The notes beneath the pieces are model-generated. The model did not search any database. It had not been told where the DNA came from and worked only from the letters and a program-made list of their open reading frames with translations. A DNA stretch of 64,000 nucleotides from Vicugna vicugna (Eukaryota), in assembly GCA_013265495.1 (NCBI GenBank), contig MU058213.1, positions 7,208,066-7,272,065 on the forward strand, read 5' to 3'. Positions 1-11,302 of this stretch are shown piece by piece (the stretch's first letter is position 1; each line of letters opens with the position of its first letter). A program made the position numbers and the translations under genes.

Positions 1-289
1 CTTCTTTCTTCTAATAACTCTGTGAGAGCTTCCATCAATAATCCTCTTCTGTTCCTTATGGTTAATTGAGATGGGTTTTCCTGCTTCTGTAGGAAGATAA
101 TCCTGTGAGGGGCAGGGTGGTGTAACAGCATAGCTTTCTTAGCTTCATGGCTCTAAACTCATGCTTCATTGTTACCACGACGTGTGTACTGTGTATAAGC
201 ATGTGGGGCTGTGTGTCTGCGTGTACATACAAAATCTTTAGTGTATTCTGAGATCTGCTTCCTCTAGTCCCCTCTCCCACAGTTATCTG

Positions 290-1880
290 AAAACCTGTCT
301 TCTCTTTATCTTTAATGTCCTTGTTCTGCTCAATATGGACTTTTTACCACTAAGGAGTTTTCTCTGATGAAGGCTTTAGTTTTGGAAGGGACTTTGGCTG
401 GTTAGTTTCTAGAATTCTTAGTGCTTAGGTCATCGCAGACCTATTTTAACTTCGGGAGTGTCCCTGCACTCACCTACAAGTTAGAGCCCACCCACATCAT
501 TCTGACTTTTGTTATTCTTCATTTGTTCTTGCATCTTTCACCAACTTCCTTCTGAGTGGGGTTATTTCCCTTGTGCCCAAAGAACATCCAGTAGAGGGGG
601 TCTGCTAGTAGCAAACTCAGTTTTTACCTAAAAAATCTTTAATTTTTTTAGTTATTTAAGGATATTTTCACTGGTTAGACAATTTTAGTAAGAGCGTTAT
701 TTTCTCTCAGCACAATATATTGTTCCAATGTCTTCTGGAGTCCATTGTTGTTGTTACTTGCCAGTCTGACTCTCAGGCCTGCATAGTATACGCGCCTTTT
801 GTTTCTCTGGTGGCTTTCAAGAGTTATTTCATTGTCTCCAAGTTATGATTTGGTCTCATTATCTCTTATACACCTTTTGGGTGCAGGTACATGCATGTTA
901 GACATCCCCACTATACTCTCTGTACCTCTTGCCTGTTCTCCACAGTTTCTATCTTCTTGTTGTCTTTGTTTCATTATAGTCTTTTCAGACCCATCTTCTA
1001 GTTTATTCTCTCTTCAGTTTTATCTAATGTGCTAATAACCCCCTTTATAGACTTTTTAACTATACTTGCTATATTTTTTAGTTTTAAGATTTTTATTTAG
1101 TTCTTTTTCATATCTGCTCTTTTAGAAGTTTCTAGTTCCTCATTGAAATCTTCAAGCATACCTTTTATTTCCTTGCATACATAGCATATAATTAAACAGA
1201 GCTGGCTCACAGTTTGTGATTGATAATCCTAGGATCCATTTCTGTGAGTCTATTTCTTTGGTCATTGTTTGTGATGGTTCTTGCTTAAGTATCTAGTCTC
1301 CTCCAGTGTCTAGTTATCTTTAACTATTTTCTGGATGCTACATTTAAAAAGTTATTTGTAGAGATAATTTGAGCTTCAAAAGGATGCTGTGTTCCTCTAG
1401 GATTATTTTCATTTGCTTTTGCTAGCTGTCCAGAAACACTAGCAATGAAAGAGCATCTGAATCCAAGTCCAAAGCCTGAAAAACCAGGATACAATCTTTG
1501 AGAAACTGATTTATTTCTGGGGTACAGCCCTGCAGGATCCAAACTCTTGGTGGAAAACTGAACTCTGATATTCGTCACCCTAGTCCAGTGATGCTGTCAA
1601 CACATATTTTGTTGCTTCCTCAGAATTGGCAGATAATATTCCAGGCAAAAATTACCCTAAGTGACAGGCTTATCAACCTGGATTCTGGTCTTCTCTAGTA
1701 TCTCAGTTCTGTAAGTCCTTCCAATTTTGTTAGCCCTTTGATGATTCTATAATATATCTACTTTCTTTTTAGTTATCATCAGTAATGGGGAAGGCCCAAA
1801 TTACCTGGTCTGCCATTAGTGAAAGAAGTTACTCTGTCACTTTTTAATCTCTCTTAACCTACTTCATGTTTCTTTATGGC
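290..1880 (-). mobile_element. Old, degenerate LINE-1 (L1M-type) fragments in ICE2 intron 9
   Basis: T-rich degenerate sequence with antisense-L1-like phrases (e.g. ttattttctctcagcac, ttgttccaatgtcttctgg, tttttatttagttctttttcatatctg). Boundaries approximate. Confidence 0.55.
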
Positions 1881-2329
1881 ACTTATTAGTTCCTGACATT
1901 TCACCTCATGTGAACACACATTTTGGGTGGATTTTAAAATGTAAAAAAAAAACAAATACAAAAACAAAAACCGCCCAAAAACCTTAAGAAAAGCTGGAAG
2001 TGCTTTATGACATACACATTATAAAACTACTGAAAAGCAAATAGCAAACCAAGAAAAAGATAAGTAAATATGGAACACAAAAGACCAGCATCCCTAGCAC
2101 ACTGAACACCGTATCAGCCAAATATGCATGACAGCTGTGTTTCCTCAGGGGCACCTGCTCCACAGTGGGCGATCAACATGTTAATATAGTATGAGCTCTT
2201 TCGTAAAAATAAGAAAAACATTATTTTATTTTCTCAATTTTGTTTGCTCTCTCACTTTATTCAAGTCCTTGTTCATATTTTTTCCTGTTCTTAAAAAAGA
2301 CTTCTTGCTCATGAATCTCATTCCCATCT

Positions 2330-2522
2330 TCCCCCTTAACCGGTTCAATTTTTCTGCACAGCATTTATCACTACCTGCTTTTTTGCTATTGTTTTAATTA
2401 CCTGTATCCCCTGCCACTAATGTAAGCTCTGAGAGAAAAGAGACTTCCTTTTTCTTCATTGTTATATCTTCAGTATGTGAACAGTATCTGCTTAATAAGT
2501 ATTTGTGAAATCAATGAATAAA
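2330..2522 (+). mobile_element. L2 3' end fragment
   Basis: tgtaagctctgagag ... gcttaataagtatttgtgaaatcaatgaataaa resembles the L2 tail. Confidence 0.55.
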
Positions 2523-2584
2523 GTTTTGTATACACAGAATGCCTTATTTTAATAACCATGGAAAAATATTTCAAAATACACAAA

Positions 2585-2765
2585 ATAATAGAAGCTAGCA
2601 TTTACGAAGTGCCAAGCATTGTTCTAAATGATTTACATGTATTAACTCATTTAATCCCAAATAATTCTGTGAGTTAGGTTATCATCATACCCACCTTACA
2701 GATGAGCAAACTAGACACAGTGAGATCACGTAGCCTGTCTAAAAAGTCACTCAGCTACTAAGTTT
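2585..2765 (-). mobile_element. MIR SINE
   Basis: MIR core in reverse: gtgccaagcattgttctaaatg...ctcatttaatcc...ccaccttacagatgagcaaact. Confidence 0.75.
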
Positions 2766-2929
2766 ATACCAAAAGGGTCAACAATCTGGCCAAATACTTT
2801 CTGCACCAAACAAACTCATCTGTTTCTATTCATATCAAAAACTTTTGAAAATGAATGAGACCAATTAAATAAAACCATCACCATGATTAAGTTTTTAGTA
2901 CATACATACTAAAAACTGTGGTCAGCATT

Positions 2930-3100
2930 TGACATATAAATACCAAACTTAATCCTTACAGCAATTTTATAAAGTAGGTATTATCACCTTTCTTTCGTAA
3001 AAAGAAGACCGAGGCAGAGAGAGGGTAAATTAGTTGCCTAAAGTCATGCTTGGGTTCAATTTTAAGTTTCAGTGTAAAGTCTGTATTTTTAACTACTAGA
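2930..3100 (-). mobile_element. MIR SINE
   Basis: ttaatccttacagcaat...gtaggtattatcacc...gaggcagagagagggtaaattagttgcctaaagtca. Confidence 0.65.
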
Positions 3101-3185
3101 TTTAGAGACCTGCAATAAAATTTTATGTTTCAAAAGGATAAACAAGAAACAACAACAACAACAACAAAAAGAAAGTACTACATAC

Positions 3186-3367
3186 ATCAATTTCAGATAT
3201 ATAATCTTCTGGTTTGTCCATAAATACTGCAGAGACTGGAACAGATGTGTTTTTGGACATCATGAATTTTAATGGAACTTCATGGAAGATTTGATTTCTT
3301 TCTCTCATTGTCATTTTCTTCTGGGGAAGTGGTGAATTAATATATATTACTTTAACTGGTTTTGAAC
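3186..3367 (-). CDS. ICE2: ICE2 exon 9 (182 bp), (G)SKPVKVIYINSPLPQKKMTMRERNQIFHEVPLKFMMSKNTSVPVSAVFMDKPEDYISEID; the gene continues beyond the left edge
   Basis: TTTTAAG acceptor, GAT|GTATG donor, phase 1 in, matching exon 8. Peptide matches recalled human ICE2/NARG2 and overlaps ORF 3123..3314. Confidence 0.96.
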
Positions 3368-3979
3368 CTTAAAACAGAAAGAGAAGAATGGGGGTGATTA
3401 GTTTACAACAGTCATTAAAAACAAAACAAAAGAGGATGCAAAACAGAAGAATTACTAAACCAAGGGACATAAGATAGGAAAATGGAAGCACAAGTCCCAT
3501 ACACTTGCCTTGAACTAAAAGATTTTTTTAAAGTCCCTTAGAGACAAAGGGCAAGAGAATCTTACTGGCAAGAAAAACATATTCTTTTTCTAACAATTTT
3601 TCAAAGGATTTTCTGCTTTTTACTGTCATTATTCCTCAGCTCCTCTTGAATTATACTTTCAGAAACTGATAAAAATTTTACCACAGAGAATATACCACAT
3701 TTAACTCTAATTTGTACTTTCCTTTAATTAGACATAGTCCTTCATTTACTACAATTATGTACAATAATATTAATTCTAAAAGCTACGAAAAAATTATTAA
3801 ACATGGACAAAAATAAAAGGGGAATAATATTTTTTACAGAAGAATTTATGTGTAAAATTTAATTTTACTGTCAAAAGAGAAACTATCCTACATTGATAAG
3901 CATAGATTTGTTTTAATCTGAATTCCAATAAAAGACAAATAAGTCCTGGGAACTCATGCATTTGAGGCTATCTAATAAA

Positions 3980-4204
3980 TTATTTTTTTAACATTTTTTA
4001 TTGAGTTATAGTCATTTTACAATGTTGTGTCAAATTCCAGTTAGAGCACAATTTTTCAGTTATACATGAACATACATATATTCACTGTCACATTCTTTCC
4101 TGTGAGCTACCATAAGATTTTGTATATATTTCCCTGTGCTATACATTATACTTTTGTTTATCTATTCTACATTTTGAAATCCCAGTCTGTCCCTTCCCAC
4201 CCCC
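3980..4204 (-). mobile_element. 5'-truncated young LINE-1 3' end with 10-bp TSD
   Basis: T-rich tail at the left end, artiodactyl-type L1 3' UTR text (ttgagttatagtcattttacaatgttgtgtcaaattcc). Flanked by identical atctaataaa at 3970-3979 and 4205-4214. Confidence 0.8.
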
Positions 4205-4542
4205 ATCTAATAAACCATTACATTCCTTTCATTTTAGTGAAAGAGAGAAGAATGTCATCACTTCACATATTTTTGGCCACCCTAAACCATAATTATTTCT
4301 TTACCTCTCATGCCCCCAGCATATGTACAGGTTCTGTAGATCTAATAATTCATTTATGACTATAAATTCTATACTAGCGCTATATATTTAAAAAATAACG
4401 GAATGTAACTGTCAAATTTATATCTTTCTTGAATCAAAACTTTTACTTTCGTATTGGACAAATGACCACCTATGTTTAGACAGGTAAAACAGAACTGTTT
4501 CATTTCTGTTGAGAGCATTACTTGACATGGCAAATCACAAAC

Positions 4543-4702
4543 CTGCAACAGGTATTACTTGAATACACACTGGAATTTCCCACTGTTCCTTGTAGCTTGG
4601 TCCATGATTATTTAACAAGGTAAATAATGACTGACTAGTTAGAGCTATCTGAGGGTGGTATCTTGCAACAAGCTTCTCTGCATTTGGGTCTTTACTAATA
4701 TC
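4543..4702 (-). CDS. ICE2: ICE2 exon 8 (160 bp), DISKDPNAEKLVARYHPQIALTSQSLFTLLNNHGPSYKEQWEIPVCIQVIPVA(G)
   Basis: TTTTTCAG acceptor, CAG|GTTTG donor. Hand translation matches recalled ICE2. Confidence 0.95.
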
Positions 4703-4874
4703 CTGAAAAACAACATAAAACTTATTACTTGATTATACTTCTTGGAAACTTCTTTGGCTAAGTAATGAAAAGAAGGGAGACAATCAGGGAGGGAAGTTCA
4801 GAACAGGTCACATGCACCTGTGCACGAGGCACACAGGATCACTAAGGAAGATCCAAAACCACCTCCCTACTCAC

Positions 4875-4991
4875 ATAATGCATAGCTGCGGCGATTTGTT
4901 CTGGTGCTTCGGTGGCAGGCATGTTATCTTTTGACAGCTGCAACTTTACAGGCATTGAGGGAAATACTGTTTTCACATATTTTACACTGCC
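4875..4991 (-). CDS. ICE2: ICE2 exon 7 (117 bp), GSVKYVKTVFPSMPVKLQLSKDNMPATEAPEQIAAAMHY
   Basis: Long poly-pyrimidine tract plus TAG acceptor, TAT|GTGAG donor, 39 codons in frame. Confidence 0.95.
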
Positions 4992-5535
4992 CTAAATAAA
5001 AAAAAAAAAAGAGAGAAGAATGTTTTATTGCAGAAATACTGAATTTTTCCCAAAGTATCTTTTCATCATATGAAACTTCTAAGTTAAAATTTGTCATTCT
5101 ACTAAATGCAATGTCAAATTTAGAGCCTTCTTAAGACAGATGACTTTCATGGTTTTACTTGATAATCCTTATATATATATTTTTTAAAAAGGGTCCAAGA
5201 CAAGGGTGCTGTGGAATTTTCCCTGCCACTTTAAGTTCTAACCTCTCATTTTATTAAATACAAGTCATAATAGGGTATAACAGAAATATCTTATCTATAC
5301 ACACTTACATCCAATACGATTATGAGTAAAATCCCTCATTAAAAAAAAAAAGAGCTTTCTGCTTGCATTCAGGGACGTTAAAAATTCAGAAACTAAAAAA
5401 AGAAAATCAAATAAAATTGGCAGTGATATTTTTAAAAACATCAAGTACTGGCATAAAATTCATAAAATAAAAAGGGACACATTTGTACTGCCTATTTTAA
5501 AAGTTTTATCTTGTTATTGTTCAAAATTCAAACAC

Positions 5536-5627
5536 AAATTCTGAAATATACTTAAATTATGTTTCTACATGCAATACAAATAAATTCTGAAATATACTTA
5601 AATTATGTTTCTACATGCAATACAAAT
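5536..5627. repeat. Perfect 46-bp tandem duplication
   Basis: aaattctgaaatatacttaaattatgtttctacatgcaatacaaat occurs at 5536-5581 and again at 5582-5627 with no mismatch. Confidence 0.97.
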
Positions 5628-5678
5628 AATGTTTCAGACAAAAATAAGTTTATTTTTATTTTCATATGTTAACCTTAC

Positions 5679-5816
5679 CAATGCGAGAAGAGTTTTTTCT
5701 AACTTTAATCCCATCTCTATTCTGAATGGGAAGAATCCCATTAAGCTGGTGACTTCATGGAGCGTATAGAATTCTGGATACTTTTTCACTTGTTCAATGC
5801 AAGCTTTTAAAATTTG
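5679..5816 (-). CDS. ICE2: ICE2 exon 6 (138 bp), QILKACIEQVKKYPEFYTLHEVTSLMGFFPFRIEMGLKLEKTLLAL
   Basis: TTTTTAAG acceptor, TTG|GTAAG donor, 46 codons in frame, matches recalled ICE2. Confidence 0.95.
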
Positions 5817-6531
5817 CTTAAAAATAAAAATTAAGAGAAATTCATCCGTATTGTACTTCTCTAATAATGCAATGAAAATAATTTAGCTACATGTGACTAT
5901 ACATAATTATTCACTTCAAACATTAGCTACATTTCATTAACTAAACTTCAAACAATCTGGGCATATTGTATATTCCTTATTTGATTTAAACTCTTTATTT
6001 TTCATAACAATTCTTTTTAACCTAATTTCTTAAAACATTGATATTCAGTAATACTAAAAATTGTAATTATATAAAAATTTAAAGTTAGAGAAGACATCAT
6101 ATTTTCTGTGCTATTTAAGAAACTGTCAAAGAAGTAGAGCCACATGAAAATTTTAACACATTTTATGGCAATAAAAGCAGTTATATAAATGATCAGAAAT
6201 AAGTTTAATATCCTAAAAAGACCCCAACCATAATGAATTAATAAAGTAGCTATCTTACAGGTCATTCTAATCTACAATCTAAAAAATTAATGAGAAATGT
6301 TATAACTAATTCAAATGATGGAATATTTAGTATTTTCTTCTCTCAAAATGTTTTCAAAATATTAATGACTTACAAGGAACTGTAACGAGGAAGGAAAATT
6401 CAGTTTTGCCCGAGCAGAATATATGCCACTTGTGATAACACATACATACCTCAATGAAGCACAGTAGTTCGGGAGGGGACAGGGGAGTTACAATAAAAAT
6501 CCACACATACTACATTATCTTCTAAGATACA

Positions 6532-6669
6532 CAGTTTCCCTCAGTATCTCTGGAATCCTCCATGGATATCAAAATCTAAGGATGTTCAACTCCCTTATAT
6601 GAAATGGTATACTACTATCAGCCCTCCGTATCCAATGATGTGGAACTCATGGATATGAAGGGCCAACTG
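6532..6669 (+). mobile_element. MER2-like TcMar-Tigger MITE (internally deleted)
   Basis: Begins cagtttccctcagtatc, contains ggatatcaaaatctaaggatgttcaactcccttatat, ends ggatatgaagggccaactg followed by TA. Confidence 0.7.
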
Positions 6670-7939
6670 TATGTGTTTTTTGATTCTGCTGTCAATGAAT
6701 CTTAGTCTTAACCTTCTAGAATATCTTTTAGCTCACAAAAGCTTTTAGCAATAAGCATATCTATATATATCCATATCCTCTTTCCACTCATTTATAAAAT
6801 AGGTCAGGGCACAAATAACACTACTCCAGTACATCTTTTCATCTACAGTTTCACATCCTCTTCTCCCCTTCTTTAATCCTCACTCTCCACTATCTTTGAC
6901 ATTTCCCCCTCACTTCTACGCTTTTCAATACCAACCTTGGTATTTAATTTAGGATATTATCTGCAATTAAGGCAGATGTGGGTTAACATGGAGAGGTCCT
7001 GTTTGTTTTTAAAAATCCTAGTCAACTGCAAACTCAGATCTGCGTAATATCTTTGCCCCTCATTTATACTGTCAAGTTAACTTTCAACCCTAACAACTCC
7101 CAACCTATGCAAGTCATTACAAAACTCTGAAATGCAGAGTAAAGAAATATGTAAGAACTATGTGACAAAGAGACCATTCTGGTTAGAGGCAGCACATCTT
7201 TCTTGGTAAAACTGCTGGATGTAACAGTGCTTCCTAAGTGAGTTTCACTTAATTCAGTACTTATGGCAAGAGAAATATTCAAAGTAAAATCTAAGATAGT
7301 TTTACACCTAGTCTTAGATACATTATATAGTATTAAAGGTACTCGACAATTGGTAGATATTAAGTAACTAATGGATCATTATTGAATATGTTTAATTAAA
7401 TTTTTTAAATTAATAATTTACTTATCTCTGAAAAACAGTTAAGACTGACCAAAGGAGGTTAAGAGATTCAGGCTGTTCCCCATTATCCACTCACCTGAAA
7501 TGTTATTTAACACTCAAAATATTTTGAAAGTTAAATACACTAAAAGTACATGCATGTACACATCTTTACAAAGAAAGGTGAAAATGACTATGCTCCAGAA
7601 ACAAAAAAATATGATACGATATCATACATGTTTGAAACTTAAAATTTAATACACACGATTTCTGGCAATATGGTAGAGTAGGTACCCTGAAAAGCACTCC
7701 TATCCAAATAACACCAGGTGCTGGGTAAACTGCAGCTAACAGTTTTCATGCATTTCTGGGCTCGGTAAAAAGCAAAAAGACTCTCCAAGGACCATAAATA
7801 AATAAACCCCAAACGCCCTGAATGAGGAGAAACAGGAGCAGGGAGCAGTAAGAAAACCCATGAAAGGTGAGATGGCTTGAGGACAATGCTTCAACCAGTT
7901 CTAAGATCAGGCGGAGTGTTGAGGATTTAGTTGAAGAAA

Positions 7940-9040
7940 AGCAGAGATTTGAACAGATACATGTATACCCACGTTCACAAGAGCATTATGCACAACAGCC
8001 AGAAAGTGGAAGCAAAGCAAGTGTCCATCAGTGGATGAATGGGTAAATAAAATGTCCATATATATGCAACGGAATATTTACTCAGCCTTAAAAAGGAAGG
8101 AAATTCTGACACATGCTACAACATGAATGAATCTTCATGTTATATTAAATGAAAGGAGCCAGTCACAAAAAGAAATACATTATATGGTTGCACTTATATG
8201 GGGGTACCAACAATAGACAAATTCGGAGACAGAAAATAGAATGGTATTTGCCACAGGCTAGGAAGAGGTGGGAAACTGAATTATTGTTTAATGGGTGTGA
8301 TACAACAAGAACTATGTATTTGGTGTTTGCCCTGGTTCCTAACACACAGTTCCTGAAATCTCCTAAGTGGTAAGAATGTCTTTTTTATGATAATGAAATA
8401 ACCAAAAGCACCTAGATAGCTTCAGGATGGGGGATGGTTGCCAGAAAGACAAAAGCATGAGAGGGTTCAAACTTTTAGCTCTATTCCCTGAAGGAAGGGA
8501 GGAGTTGGAGATTGAGTTAATCACTAGCTGCCAGTGATTGAATCAAGCATGCCCACCAGATGAAATCTCCATAGAAATCCTCTAAACAATGGAATGCAGA
8601 AAGTTTCTGGGTTGGTGAACACTTGGAGGTGCTGGGCGGGTGGTATGCCTGGAGAGGGCATGGAAGCCTTGTGCCTCTTCCCCCAAACCTTACCCTATGC
8701 ATCTCTTTCTTCCATTAGGCTGTTTAAGTCATATTCTTTATAATAAACTGGAAGTAGCAAATAAAGTACTTTCCTGAGTTCTGTAAGCTATTCCACCAAA
8801 TTATTAAACTGGGTGTAGGGGTGGGTCATGGGGAACCGTGGGCCTACTGTCTGGAGAGTTGGAAGAAAATATGGGGAAAAACAGGTGTAGAGAAATAGGT
8901 GTGAGTCTCAGTTCAAAAGATGAAGAGTTCTGGAGATGGGCTACGAACATGAACCTACTTAGTACTACAGAACTGCACACTTAAAAATGGTTAGGACAGT
9001 AAATTTTATATTATTTTACCATAATTAAAAATAAATCTTT
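7940..9040 (+). mobile_element. L1MA/MB-type 3' end, interrupted by an LTR
   Basis: Typical L1 3' text (gtgtccatcagtggatgaatggg, gaaattctgacacatgctacaacatgaatgaa). Breaks at ~8295 and resumes at ~8900 (gagttctggagatggg...cacttaaaaatggtt). Confidence 0.85.
8296..8890 (+). mobile_element. MER21-like solo LTR nested in L1
   Basis: Starts tgtgatacaacaagaactatgtatttggt. Internal gatagcttcaggatgggg and ctggagagggcatggaagc, with AATAAA near the 3' end. Right boundary approximate. Confidence 0.75.
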
Positions 9041-9400
9041 TAAAGAGGGAACAAAATTCTGACACATGCTACAGCATGATTGAATCTTGAAGACATTATG
9101 CTAAATGAAACAAGCCAGTTACAAAAGAACAAATATTGTATGACTTTATTTATATAAGGTACCCAGTGAAGCCAAATTCATAGAAACAAAAACCAGAAAG
9201 GTGGTTGCCAGGAGCTTAGGGGAGAGGGAATGATGAGTTTTACTTAATGAGTACAGAGTTTCAGTTCTGGAATATGAAGAAGTTTGGGAGACGGATGATG
9301 AAAATCCCTTCACAAGTGTGAGAGTATTTAATGCCACCGAACTATTCTTCAAAGTGGTGAAAACACTAAATTTTATGTTACATATACTTTACCACACCAA
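9040..9400 (+). mobile_element. Second L1MB-type 3' end fragment
   Basis: aaattctgacacatgctacagcatg...gttgccaggagcttagggg...tacagagtttcagttctgg...aaattttatgtta. Confidence 0.8.
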
Positions 9401-10755
9401 GAAAAGAGAAATGGAAGGCAGACTGAAACCAAGGAAATGTGGGAATTCCAAGAGAGTTGGGAAAATGAAGGGGAAGCAGTATTTGAAAATGGCTGAAATT
9501 TTTTAAGAACTCATGATGGATTTGAATCTACAGATACAAGAAACCAATGAACCGAGGAGGATTAAAAAAAAAAAAAGTACATTGTAATGGAAGTGTAACA
9601 CACCAAAAATAAAGAGCAGTCAGAGAGAAAAGATATATTCCCTAAAAGAAATGACAGTTAAACAGACAGCATCCTTTTCAGTAATAATAATGAGTCAGGA
9701 AAAGTAACATTATATCTTCAAATGTTGAGAAATAAACTGTCAACTTAGAACTGTGCATGGAGTAGAACTATCTTACGAGAATGAAAAAATAAAAATATTT
9801 CCAGGTAAACAAAAAAGACTGTTCATGACCAAGAGACCTTCACCAAAGGAACATCTAGAACATATACCATTTCAGTAATAATAAGAATCTCAGAATGTAG
9901 ATTTGAAAAGAGGAAATGAAAAGCCAAAAAACAGTCCAAATTTGTAGATAAAGGAAGACAAACACTGCCATATAAAAAAGGTTTAAAAAAGAGACAGCAT
10001 TAAAACATCATCAGTGAGGAGGAAAGTGGTTAAGAGTCAAAATGCTCCATGGTCTCTATTGATACACAGATTACTAGAACACAACAGAATTGACAAATTT
10101 ACCCATAGGTCAATGGTGACAAGGTAATTCAATGAGGAAAAAATTCACTGTGAAAATTCAAGAGTAACCACTAAGAGAACAACAACAAAAATGCATAAAC
10201 TCTATATCAATAAAGAGAAAAAAAGGAAGGGGGGAAAAAGTCAATCCCCTTAGAAGAAGTAAAAGAAAGAAGTTTAGAAAAAGACAAATAGAAATCATAA
10301 ACAGGTCCATATACATCAATTATCACAATGAATGCAAATGACTCAACTTTCTAATTAAATGGCAAGAGATGGTCAGATTTTATTTAAAAACAAAAGGCAG
10401 TCTAGCTAAACATCATTTTAAGTATTATTTGTGAAATACAAGTTCTATAGATTCAAAGCAATCCCGGTTAAAATCCACTTAGCTTTTTTGTAGAAATTGA
10501 CAAGCTGATTCCAAAATTTTCATGGAAATGCAAAGAACCAAAAAGAACCAAAACAAGCAAACATTTGGAAAAGAACAAAGTTGCAGGACTTCCACCATGT
10601 GGTTTCAAAACTTACTACAAGACCTGGTAATAGAGGCACAAAGACAGATAGATTGATTAATGAAAGAGACTGGAGTCAGGAAACTGACCAACACATCAAT
10701 AGTGACAGGGAATGCAATGACAGAAAAAAATAGCTTTTTCAGCCAATAGTGCAAG

Positions 10756-10972
10756 GCAATTTCTCAACACTGGCACAACCGACATTTTAGACCAGATAAC
10801 TCCTTGTGGTCGGAGGGGCCATCCTGTACACTGGAGTATATTCAGCAACATTCTTGACTCTACCTACTAGATGCCAAAAGCACCTCTTCCTCAGTTCTGA
10901 CGACCCAAAATGTCTCTAGACATTACTAAATGTCTAGTAGCAGGCAAAATCACTCTCCATAGGGAATCACTA
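10756..10972 (+). mobile_element. MER20 hAT-Charlie MITE
   Basis: ttctcaacactggcac...gacatttt...ctctacctactagatgcca...aaaatgtctctagacatt. Confidence 0.85.
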
Positions 10973-11068
10973 TGCTCGAACAACTAGAAACCTCGTATCT
11001 TGCACAAAAAATAACTTGAAATGAAAAAAGACATTCATGTAAAAGTTAAAACTATAAAATCTCTAGAT

Positions 11069-11302
11069 CAGGGTTTCTCCACACAAGCACTGCTGACATT
11101 TGGGGCTCCACAATTCGTTGCAGAGAGGGATGTCACATGCATTTTAGGATAACAGCAGCATCCCCGGTCTCCAGCCAGTAGACACCAATAGTGCTCTGCC
11201 AGTTGTGATGATCAAAAATATCTCTGGACACTGCTGAAGCCCCCTGGGTGGGGAGTGGGCAGGAGTAAAGGAATAAAAGTGACCCCAGACGAGAACCAAC
11301 TG
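11069..11302 (+). mobile_element. MER20 hAT-Charlie MITE (second copy)
   Basis: cagggtttctcc...gacattttgggg...cagcagcatccccgg...gttgtgatgatcaaaaatatctctggaca...gagaaccaactg. Confidence 0.85.

Noticed and set aside
6440..6525. Cryptic ICE2 exon ending at a strong GAG|GTATGT donor near 6449
   Set aside because: No matching acceptor with a good pyrimidine tract was found upstream.
6796..6806. RORE-like AAAATAGGTCA (also ATTTCTAGGTCA near 54583 and AATGGGTCA near 57416) as RORA autoregulatory sites
   Set aside because: My rough estimate is one or two such matches by chance in 64 kb of AT-rich DNA. No clustering or other support.
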